Shown: positions 36,301 through 48,300 of the stretch, piece by piece
Layout of the letters: each line of letters starts with the position of its first letter
Position numbering within the stretch: the stretch's first letter is position 1
NCBI GenBank assembly: GCA_964188305.1
Contig: OZ076886.1
Reading direction: 5' to 3' (one strand)
Origin: Podarcis bocagei
Taxonomy: Eukaryota
Length of the DNA stretch: 64,000 nucleotides
Notes under the pieces: model-generated
What the model was told of the DNA's origin: nothing
The model's input: the letters and a program-made list of their open reading frames with translations, nothing else
Databases searched by the model: none
Translations under genes and position numbers: made by a program

Positions 36301-39300
36301 CCTCACCCTTTTCAACTCAAAGTGGCATAGATGATTCTCCCCCTCATTTAACCCCCCCCCCAACAATCCTCTTTGAGGTAGGTGAGGCTGGGAGAGAGTG
36401 ACTGGCCCAAGTGAGCTTTGCCTAGTGGAGAATTGAACGCTGGTCTCCCAGGTCCTAATCCCACACTTTTAAATACAGTGGTACCTCTGGCTACATACTT
36501 AATTTGTTCCAGAGGTCCGTTCTTAACCTGAAACTGTTCTTAACCTGAAGCACCACTTTAGCTAATGGGGCCTTCTGCTGCCGCCGTGCCGTCGCCGCAT
36601 TTCTGTTCTCATCCTGAAGCAAAGTTCTTAACCTGAGGTACTATTTCTGGGTTAGCGGAGTCTGTAACCTGAAGCGTATATAACCTGAAGCGTATGTAAC
36701 CCGAGGTACCACTGTACTACACCACACTGGCTCTAATCTTGTGATGGAGACAAAGTGTAACCTTGCACATTAATGGTTGTTAAAACTCACCAGGACTCAG
36801 AAGCAGGACTTGAGTCACAAGGATGCCACATGCAGCCAGACCAATGAGGACAAGCGACAGGAATTTTAGTTCTTTATTAGCAAGGCACTTGGTTACATCA
36901 GCTGCTAAGGTGCAAGGGATATGCACACCCCTTCCCGCTAACTAGCTGTCTAGGAAATCTACCTCTGCGGAACAGTACTCTATCTTGGAGAGTTGGAGCA
37001 ACAGTGTGGCCTCACCCTTTCCTGTTTTCTTACCTCCCACCCCTTGGGGTGCTGGCAAAGCTGCTCAGCTTGTCCTCTCAGGAGCCACGGCTCCCATCCG
37101 TCCCCCTCCCTCTCTCCCCGGCTCGCTGTAAAGCAGCAAAGCAGTAGCCACTTATGGCGAGCCGGGGAGCGAGGGAGGCTGGGAGGGGGCCCCCCAGCTC
37201 GCTGTGAGCGACTCCTACTGGCAGTGGAGGGATCTCACCGTGTCTGTACGGTGCTCCAGCGGCGCCAGTGGCAAACCGCTATGTACAGCGCATGCGTGGC
37301 ATCGGTATGCACAGCACATGCATGTGACACAGTGCATGCGTTGTATGTAGCGGTTTGCCACCGCTGCCACCAGAGAGCCGTATGGACGGTGGTGGGATCC
37401 TTTGCTCGCAGCTGCAGCCATGAGCAGAGGATCCTCCACATTTGCCTGCGGCGCGATGGCTGCTCGTGCTGACAGGCCCGGGCTGGGGCAGCAGGGCAAG
37501 CACCCCGCGGGGTGCCAAGACACCTGGGGGTGTTTTGTCACCCCCCAGACATGGAACACAGGGCGCACCGCCCCCCCTGCCCCCAGCTTGTGACGCCACT
37601 GTTTGGGTGCGGCTTATATTCGGGCCAATATGGTAATGATTCTGCTTAATGATGCTTCACCCTCTCCATTATATTAAATTAAATTAGGTTAACGAAATTG
37701 TATTTCTATGGAGGTTTTGAAATTTGGCAACACCCTAGATTAGCATGTCCATGGCTCATTCTGCTAAAGTACTCACTGGATATAGAGTACCAGCACTTCT
37801 TTTTATTTTATTCATTTGCAGCACATGGCAGCCATTTTGTGCTGGCACCCACAACACTTTTATCATTATATGAGTAGAGGCGCCTCATTCTTTTACCCCC
37901 TCCCCCCAAAAAAAACACCCACTGAGAATATCCAATTCAGGAAGCCTTTGGGTGGTTATCTTCAAAACTAAAATGTACAACTAAAATATACTGTATATAA
38001 ATTCTCGTGATTTGGGGCAGGTGTGTGGGGGACTGCTTCTTAATATTGGAAAGGCTAAATTGAATAATGATGTTAATGGCAATATTATACTATATGAATC
38101 ACCACAGCTACTGACATTGAGGAAATGAGTTCTGAAAGAAGCAGGAATCAACTTGAATATTTTTCTCTAATGAGCCAGAACAAAAATCAACTCAGTCTGG
38201 TTCACAGATTTTTTAAAAAAATAAAAAAGTCAAAATAAAAATCTCTGCTTAGATTATCTTGGGAAGATTTCTGCTTTTGCAGGCAAAGCAAGTTTCTAAT
38301 AATGCAAAATTTGTCTGTCTGGGAAAGGCACTCTTATTTAGTCTGAAGGTGTAAATCCACTGTCTTTGAAGTTCAGATGATCCTGAGATTATTATTATTT
38401 TTGGTCTTGCTTTTGTGGAAGCCCAAGCCAAACAGTATGTAAAATCCAGGTGGAAGGAAATCTCCCCAAAGGTCTTGCCACTTTGGCAGATCTTACATAA
38501 CCAGTGGAAATATGAGACCCTAACAATGTTAGAGAACAACGTTTTGCAGTGTTAGAGTATCTGAGGTCATGCAAGTAACATGTTTTGAAATGACTATACA
38601 GGATCAGTAGGGCCCTAGAAAGAGACCGCTATCATGTAGATCTTGGAGGAGGGGATAACAGCTATTCCATCAGTATCTCTGATTGGTCTCTAAGGGCCAT
38701 GCAGCCTGCAGGTTTCCATTGGGCCAAGCAGAGAGGGAAAGGAAGCCTTGCAGGCAAAATGTCATCTGTCTGACATGAAGACATTCTGATGAGCAGAAAT
38801 ATTAACAATTAGCTTTTGGGCAGTCAGAGATCATTTCATGAGTATTTTCATAGCAGCCAGTTTTTGTTTCTCATTGCTGAAAAATGAGAGATGCTTTCCC
38901 ACACAGGGTCTGCTAGCCCTAGGTCACCAGTGGTGTCCCTGGGCAAGTGTCTCTAGCCTTCTTAGAAAGAAAGTTAAGGGGTAAGATTTGCAGGTACCTT
39001 CTAAGTGATTTCTGTAAAATGAGAATGGTGTGGCTACCTAGTATATTTTTGCTTTTTCCTGGGGAATGCTCCCTGTTATTAGAGAGCAACAGCATCTGTC
39101 AGTGTTGGATCTCCATAATCAGGACCAGCAGAACGTAGCTGACTTTCCATGGCAAGAATAAGGTTGTCAGTGGTGGGCATCTAATTTTGTGTTATGGCAC
39201 CCCTGCCTTCATGGCAGTCATTGTGAGACATGGAACTCTCTGAAATTTCATAATGTGCCCACTATTCCAAAAAGGTTGGTGACTTGTGCCCTGGAGGAAT

Positions 39301-42300
39301 GGTGCAGTTTCGCAAAAGCACACTTTCTTGCTTCTCTATTGCATTCAGCAGTCACTCTTCATTGCAGGGGAAAAACAGAAAGATAAATGATAAGATAGGG
39401 GATGCCAGTGTTTTGATGTAGCAGGCTTAACTTTAAACAAGAAAAGAGTAGATAGATGCTCACTTTCATTTTTCTGGGATCTCACCAACCTGTTGATCTC
39501 ACAAAAATCTTTGTACAGGCACCAGATATAACTTGATCTTCATAAAGTTTCAGTATATATCAGTCTAACGTGGCCTTGCTTTGTTTTGAGATTTTCAAGG
39601 CAGGTATTAACCCTTGATTCCTTTATATCCTGAACCATCTAGAAGTACTGCACTTTTAGCCAGTATTTTGACTCCCTTAGAGAAAGGGAGCAGAGAGGAA
39701 ACAAGGGATACAGAGAATGAGAAGGAAAGGAAAAAGTGTGAGAAAGGAAGAGAGGCTTACATAGTTCCACTGCTCTCTGCCTCACACCTACTCAATGTAT
39801 TGGTAGCTTGCGATACTTAACAGTGCACTTATAATGCAGCCATATTTAGCCATCTCCCTTGCACTCCTGCATCGGGAGGACATGTCTCAACAGTCCATTT
39901 TGCAGCAACACAACAAGCAGCATTTGGATTCCTACATCATCTTAGGTAATTGTCTTTTAAAAGCCATGCAACAGCACCAGCAGCAATTGCAGAAGGGAGA
40001 TTTCTGCTGCTGAAATTTGGGCAGCAAGTATCAGTGGGTATCAGCAGTTCTTCCAGATTCTAGAGCTGACAAAGAACACTCTTGGACCCTAGTGTCATTA
40101 CTATCTTGGCCTGTCAAAGCAGCTGATTTTCAGGGATTTCTCTCACTCCTCAGCTGCAGGATGTCAATAGAGAAGGAGAGACAATTGTGGCAGATCCTGC
40201 AGTAGCAGCTCCAAGAAGAACTGAACAGCACATAAAACAGGCCGCAGCTTTGAAGCCACATGCTGAAGAATGGGAAAATTTCTCCCTTTCTTACTGCATA
40301 CAATTTGTAGTGGCCTAAACAGTAGCAGACTATACCTAGGTGAGTTCCACACATTCTCAGTGCATATGTCAATCAGACGTGTTTATACTGTAGAGGTAGG
40401 TCTAGTGCTGGTGAAATCAACAGAATTTCAGTAGTGACCGGGGATAAATGACAGCGTGGAGGAATCAAATGAATCTGCCAAGAGTTTGAGTCTCCATCAT
40501 TTGTAAAATGTGTCATCTCTCATGTGTGTCTAACCTATTAAAGTACATCATGTAGTGCTGAGCTGAAGTGGAGGTGGTGGAGGAGAGCTGTGGAAGAAGC
40601 ATGAAAATAATATTGAAATGGAAATAAAGGGGAAGTTGTGGACCCTTTGAAATGACGGTTTTTGCATGAAAATATTGAAGATCATGAACATTTTACACAT
40701 CACTACCACTATGCATCCTCAGCTAGTAGCTGATACACAGAGAGGTACTAATCTTTTATTCTGTCAGCTAACAAACACAAGCTGTTCATCAAACAATAAA
40801 TAACTATCCTGCAGTACTTGAAGTCCCAAGTGTAAAGCCTGAAGGCAAAAGCAAGATGAGAATAGTGTCAGAATACCAGAATGCCAATCATAATGTTATT
40901 GACGGAAGAAACCTAATAAATGAGGGGATTAGTTAAAAGGAAGTTGAAAGGGAAAATCAGATGTCTTCAGAACACTTGAAAGCTAATGAAACATGCTGTA
41001 CTAGAAGCTCAGATAAAATATATACAGCAGATTAGAAAGGAATAAACAAAGCCAGGAAGATGCCCACCTAGTTAATGAGCAGACTTCAAGGAAACAGTAA
41101 AAGGAAGAAGCTTTCTTTTAGAAAATGGTTGCCTTGTCCAAATTGGGAAAACAAAAAGAGCTTAAACTCTGGTAAAACAAATGTAAAATGATAATAAACC
41201 AAGTGAATAAAATTTGAGGGAGATATTGTTCAAAACTATACAGCTTTATTTTGATCCTTTAGAATGAGGAAACTAGCCTGGGGAGCTGTCAGACTGTTAA
41301 GACAAAAGTGGTGTGAAAGAATTGCTGAATGAGAATAGGAAGATTACTGAGAAGCTGGATGAATTCACTGTGGAAGATACAGGAACTAGTATTCATTAGA
41401 GATGGCAAGAGATGAAGGTCTATGGCTAATTGACCACAAAAAAGTCACCAGATGCCACACACCCAATATGAAATTGTTGATCATCCAATTAAAATATGAC
41501 CCTTGTCATTAAAACTGATTTCCTTAAAATAATACTGTATCAACTTTTTAAAGCTGACAGAAAATCAGGAAATTAAAAATCTATTAGTTTAACCATTGCT
41601 CAGGGTCCTCTCGTGATAATTGGTTAAAGAAGAGGCACCATAAGACAGGAATAAACAAATTGACAGTATTCACAATGGACAGAAGTAAGCAGTGGAGTCC
41701 CTCAAGGATATGTATAGGAACCAATGCGATTTAACTTATTTACATCAGGCCAAGGAGTAAGTCGTAAGGTGGCCAAGTTTTTGGATGATATCAATCAGAA
41801 TGGGGCTTGATGTAGAATGAGAAGAGCTCCTTAAGCAGGGAAAGGGATCCTACAGCCCACAGGCCAATCTTGGCCTACCAGGGGGTCCAATTTGACCTCT
41901 AATTTCTCCCAAAGCACTTCCACATGCCAATCAGCTGATAGGCAAGGTTGAATGCTGCATTGGCTGTGCCCACCAGGTCCCCACAGGGAACTGGTATACA
42001 GTCAAAATAGCAGGATTTAACACCCCTCTCATCAGCTGATGAGCAGAGAGTTCAGTCCTGCTGTGTGGTGCTTCCCTAGTGCACTTCCTGCGGGGAGTGT
42101 GCTGGCCAAGCTGACCTCTCCCTCACAGTTGAACTCTTGACAGAGTCCCTACTCCTGTCCTGAAGGGTGTCCGCAAACTGAGTGAATGGGCAAAACATAA
42201 TGGCAAGTTAGGTTAACTGAAAATGGAAAAGTGATAAACACTGAGAGAAAAAATTCCACCCACATATATGCCGGGTGGAAAACATCACTTCATTGTGAGG

Positions 42301-45300
42301 CATCAGTGATAAAAACAAATTTCATATAAAGGGTTGTTTACAAGATTCTAAATAATAAAGTGGTTAGTATTGTAATGGCTTGGTACAAAGCTGTAATACA
42401 ACGGTATTTGAATATGTAAAGAATATTGTAGAGCTGGAGCAAATGCTGAAAGGGGGCACACAATGATGAGTGCATAGCACCTTCCCTACCATGAAAGGTT
42501 AAAGCAGCTGAGGCTTTTACAGGTGAACAAGAGGGATATTGTAGAAGTTGTACTGGAGAAAAACATTTCGAATGGTCTAGAGAGAATAACTAAAAAAGGG
42601 ATCCCCCCCCCCCTTTCCAACTAGAATTCAGGGCCACTATTTACATTAATTGGTGATAAGATTCAGGACAGACAAAAGAAAGTACTTTTTCAAACAGCAC
42701 GTAATGAGCTTATGGAATTTGTTGCCGCAAGATGTTGTGATGACTTTAAAAGAGGATTAGACAGGTTTACGGAGGATAAGGCTATCAACAGCTATCAGTC
42801 ATGGTAAATAAATGGAACCTCTGAATACCAGTTCCTGGGGGCAGAGGGAGGAAGCAATGGGGGAGGCTGCAGGCGGGTCTCCTAGAAGCATCTAACAGAG
42901 AGAGCTAGGGTGGTGTAGTGGTTAATAACGGTAGACTCGTAATCTGGTGAACCAGGTTCGCATCTCCGCTCCTCCACACGCAGCTGCTGGGTGACCTTGG
43001 GCTAGTAACACTTCTCTGAAGTCTCTCAGCCCCACTCACCTCACAGTGTTTGTTGTGGGGGAGGAAGGGAAAGGAGATTGTTAGCCGCTTTGAGACTCCT
43101 GAAGGGTAGTGATAAAGCGGGATATCAAATCCAAAAACTCTTCTAGAGGGACCCTTCGTCTAACCAACTATTGTGCCCTTACTGATGCTGCAATTAGTGC
43201 TAGTGTTCTAGGAAAATGCCAAAATCAAAGCAACCGTTATGCAATACAGAATACAGCCTTCAGGTATTTTTTGTCACCCAGGAGGACTCCATCTTTTGCT
43301 AAGTAGGTTGGAGAGAGGGTGTTCAGGGAATGAGGGCTTTTTGTCAACCTGGGCCCCAGCCTGTTAATCAAGAAACTGAAGATATTAGCACTGTGTACAG
43401 GGAAATGCACTGAGAGTGCATCTGTAAATGACTGTGTATGTGCACACACCAAGGATGTAATCCAAGTCCAGCCTGTTAAAATATTCATTGTTGGAATGTT
43501 AATCAAATGGAAATGTCCAAGTCTACCTGCTGGGGAAATTCTCCTGCAGAAAAGGTTATTCTACAGCATGGAATACTGGATATGCAGAGAGGTGTGCAGA
43601 GTAGACATGGAGAAATAATGGCAAAACTTAAATATTATTGCTTTAGGCAATCCTCCAGTTGCACTGAGGGACACCTCCCAAAGACTGACAAGGGAGGAAT
43701 ATGTTAAGATGTTCTACTGCATCAAAAATGTAAACAGCACTCGTTTCAGTAGAATTTGCCTAAGAGCATCATGATCAGTTCACACACTGAGGCAGTATCT
43801 TCAAGTCAGGCAAGAAAACACCTTAAAAATCCAAATACAACTCATGGCTGACATATATGCAAGCCTATTCTGGAGAGTTGTCATTCCAGAAGTGTAACTG
43901 TCAAACGCTTTTCATGACTATTGCAGGGCACTTCAAACACTACAAAATTCCTACATGGGAAGCATGTAGGAATTAGCATGTAAGCCCTAAGTTTATCAAG
44001 CTGTTTCCTCTGGAGAGAGAAAGATTGAAAGCTGAACATTTCTCTCTCTCCAGAAGAAATAAATTGGATTCAAAGAGCTGGATGAAGGACTCTGAATCCA
44101 AACCACTTTCTTTGCAGAGGGATAAATCCTCATTTTTTAGTGCTTCCTCCAGCATTTTGAATCCAAGCTGTTTCCTCTAGCCTCCTCAGCTGCACTATGG
44201 ATTTCCCAATGGGGACTTCCCTAGGGCAGCCAATCCCTGCTGCTTGTAAGAGATGTGCTTTGGATTCCCAACAATCAGCTGATTGTTGGCTGTGCACTTC
44301 AGGCACCCACAACCAGTTGACTGTCGATGCTTGTAGAGATCCCTAGGTGGTGATTTGCCTTGCAAACTCCCATTGCGCTTTTACCTGCCCCACACCTGTT
44401 CAGTGTCTGCTCAGATATATGCAACACTCAAACTTACAGACACAAAAAGCCAAGTAAATACAGCTGGTGTTTCAAAATGACACCGTGTGAGTCTAAAGCA
44501 TGCAGGAGAGGGAGAAAATGGAGGTACTGGGACATAAGTTGATGGGATAAGTCCTTGGATGTCTGTTATCACTCATCTACTAAGTACTCTGAGGATAAAA
44601 CTGCTTGCATCTGTGGCAACCTGCACTCTGCATTCTTGTGGATCTGCAATGAATACATCCAGAGTGCCATCTATTCCTTTTTTATGAAATGACTTTCAAT
44701 TTCTGAGACAAGGACCAGAGCCAATTACCTGTTAGGTACGACCATCTTGCTTACTATATCAAGCAGGAGAGGGTTTGACCAGTTGGCTCCAGGAAGTGAT
44801 AAATGTTCCATGAAAAGAGGGGTGTGTGTGCAATCCTGATTACCTTGAAGACAATGGTTACATAGTCCAGTGTTTCCCAACCACTGTTCCGCGGCACACT
44901 AGTGTGCCGCGAGATGTTGCCTGGTGTGCCGCGAGATGTTGCCTGGAGGGAGGCGGGCGAGTCGGGCGGCGAGAGGCGGGGCGGCGGCGGCGAGGAGAGG
45001 CCGCCCAGCGCGGGGCTCTCGCCGTCTGCCTGCCTGGCTGCCTGCGAGCTCGGCGGGCAGCGCCTCCGTCCGCAGCGCCCGCCTCGCGGCTCTCATTCCC
45101 TGCCCCTGCCAAAGCTCACCCAGCCAAGCCGCGCTCTCCTTCCTGCCTCGCTTTGCTGCCTCCTCCCCCCCCACCCCCAAAGCTTGGAGGTTCCCCGGCA
45201 AGGGGGAGGGAAAAAATTGAAACTTACACTTTCGTGCGTCCCTCCCGATGTGACGCTGCGCGCTGACGTCACGGGGCTGTAATGGTGGTGTGCCTCGAGA

Positions 45301-48300
45301 TTTTTTTCATCAAACAAGTGTGCCTTTGCCCAAAAAAGGTTGGGAAACACTGACATAGTCATTCCCTAAGAAGGCTCCTTTGTCTCCACAAGACTTTCCC
45401 CGCCTCTGTTAGCTGGTCACAAACATTTCCATTAGGGGAAAGCTTAAGTGCAACTGCAGACATTCTTGGATGACACAAATTCTTTGGACCCACCCAAATC
45501 CTTTTTCTGACCTGGTTTTGTCATTGAAATAGCATTGCTTGTCCTGAGGAATGAAATCTGCTGGGTGTAGGGTTGGGATACTGCAAAACCCTGTCAATTT
45601 TCCTGGGCCTCTCAGCAGCTATCAATATAATCAATCATGGTATGTTTCTGGAAAGGCTGTTTGAAGTCAAGATTGGGGGGACTTTTTTCCATACTATTTC
45701 AGAAGGTGGTGCTGGGGACTGCAGCTCTGTCTCTGGTGTTCTGCCAGGTTCCATTCTGTCCCCGTGCTGTTAACATTTGAGCGAAGTCACCCATAAATTT
45801 GGGGTGTGGTATGTACAGTATTCTAGTCTGTCTGCCATGGGAGATGCTATGCTGCCTGTTCTGGATGGGGTTGCACTCCCCCCTAAGAATCAGGCCTGTA
45901 GTCTGGGAATGCTATTAGATTTAGTCTTATCCATAGTGGCCCAAATAGTCTCAGTGACACAAAGCTAAGCCAGAGATAGTTGTTCTTGATATGCTGTTCT
46001 TGTTTTGGCACAGTCTTTTTTTAAACTACTGCAATGTGCTGTACTGGGGACTGCACTTGAAGGTCGTTTAAAAACTGCAATTAGTTCAAAACATAACAAC
46101 AGGTTTATTGACTGGAACCACTTTGCAATAAAAAACATTTGTTAGCACTTGTACTGGTTTCTTACAGCTGCAAACTGTAATGCTAAGACTATCTGGAAAA
46201 CCTGTGTTGCCTACCACAATAGCTTGACAGAGCAAGAATACAGATGTACAGCCTGCTAGAGCCAGAAAATTAGAATGCTTCCTAGATTAACCTCCCCCCC
46301 CCCAATGTCTGGAAGCACCTTTCCATTTCAATTTAACTGCTTTACAAAATATAGATTTCTTATGTCTGTGTAGAAAAGGATATGACTGACGAAGGTGAGT
46401 TGATGGACATTTTAGGGAATGTGATACGATTTTCCCTTGCGCAGCTGTCCTGGCAGGTACTAAAGCGAAAGATCTCATGACAATTCCCACATGGATGTCT
46501 TGTTTTCATATGTACTAATGAAGGGAAAGTTCCTCTGAGATGCCACATAGGAGTTCCTTAGCAGCTAACAACATGTTTTTCCCAAAGCACAAAAGGCTAT
46601 TTTTCTTTATTGCCACTAGATGGCACAGGAGAGAACACACAGCTTCTCTGCCTGCATGGGTTTTTAGGATGCAGAAAAGGGAGCACTTGCTATTTTGGAC
46701 TTGGGTGTGTTCAGTATCTTGCTGATACTGAACCACACCACAGAGTATCAAACATATATTAAAAACGAAGCAAAAGAGATTGCTGTAAGTGGGTAGACAT
46801 AATGCAATCCTACATGAGAAGAATTGCTGCAGTTGGTAGGTAGGAAAAGCTGAGAAGTATAATAAAAGCACAAGACTTTATATACAAAATATGTTAGGAA
46901 TGGAGTTCATTATGTATTTCTTGCACAAATTCAGTAAGGATGCTGTGCAATTCAAAACTAGACTTTGCTCCTGAAGACCAGGATGTCAATCTGCAATGTT
47001 GTATGAGTGAGATGTGATGGTCCCCTCTTTAAGATGTCTGTAGATTGCCTGAAGATGTTCTAGTATCTGATATCATACTGGGAACATAAGGAGTAGCAGT
47101 GGATTCTTTCACGCTGTGGGGTATAATAATAATAAATGTATTCATACCCTGCCTGTTTCTCTGACAGGGACTCAAGGTGGCTTATGGACAAAATAAGAAT
47201 AGCCAAAAGCATAGGAAAAAAATACAATAATTAAAAACCAATTAAACATTAATGAAATTAAATATCTATCTACCCATCCATCTATCTATCAGAGATCTAT
47301 TTAAAACATACAGCTAATTATAATAAAAACAGCGCCTGCCCTTTCATTAAAAGCTGACAGTTCCCAAAAGCCTGTTGGAATAAGAAGGTATTCACTTGCC
47401 AGTGGAAGGACAACATGGAGGGAGGCGTAATAACTTCTCCAGGGAGGGATTACCCAAGGCCCTCTCTCGCATCCCCACCAAGCATAACTGTGAGGGTGGC
47501 AGGACCAAGAGAAGGGCCTCACCTAAAGATCTCAGAACCTGGGCAGGTTCGTATGAGGGAATACAGTTTTTCAGATAGCCTGGACTTTGTATATATATTC
47601 ATGCCTTATATACAAACCACACATTAACATCCAGTAAGAGGGAATACATTTCTTAAAGGTTAAGACAGAGGAATCATTTTAAGTATAGTGAAGGTGGTTT
47701 GGAAGTGCCTTTGCTGTATAGAAAATGCATATACCTTTCAATGTCTTGAAATGAACTCTGAAAAAGTGGTTCTGGAAATTTTCAGCATGTCAAGTGAAAG
47801 CAGGCTGCAGTCAGCGTCAGAGCTAGTCGCTTGGGGACCCGGACCCATGCCGTGCACCCAGGGGCGATTGGCATGGCAGCGATCCGCCCGGGGGGGGGGG
47901 GGCAATCGCCGTGGTGGTGATCTGCCCAGGGGGGATTTTGTCACCCCCGTCAGGGATGACATCTGGGATGCACCGCCCCCACCGTCCCCTTCCTATGCTC
48001 CTGGCTGCAGTGGGTACTTACTGGTCAATGTCCACTACCTCACCAATTCTTAAAGCAATTTTATAATTATTTCAGTGTCTTCATGGTTTTATTTTATTTT
48101 AGCAATTTTTTGGGTTTAAAAATGTGGGCACTCTGCTTGAAGGAGAGGAGCATGTTTAAGAGCATCATGCATTTGACTTGCATGTCTGTAAAGAAAGTTG
48201 CAAAACAAGCTTTACATGGAGAGTGAGGGACCTGCTGTGACCAATAAGCCTGTTGTGTCTTATCTTCACGGGGACTTTAAAGCAGCTCTCCTTCATTCCT

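Noticed and set aside
39761-39900. Donor-like TAT|GTAAGC on minus in BSN intron 5
   Set aside because: No matching acceptor or open in-phase frame
39960-40380. Gln/Glu/Leu-rich coiled-coil-like plus-strand remnants
   Set aside because: Multiple stops; possibly decayed retroelement sequence upstream of the old CR1, not assignable
44826-45362. Arg/Ala/Pro-rich ORFs on both strands
   Set aside because: GC-rich interior of a non-autonomous hAT element with no transposase motifs
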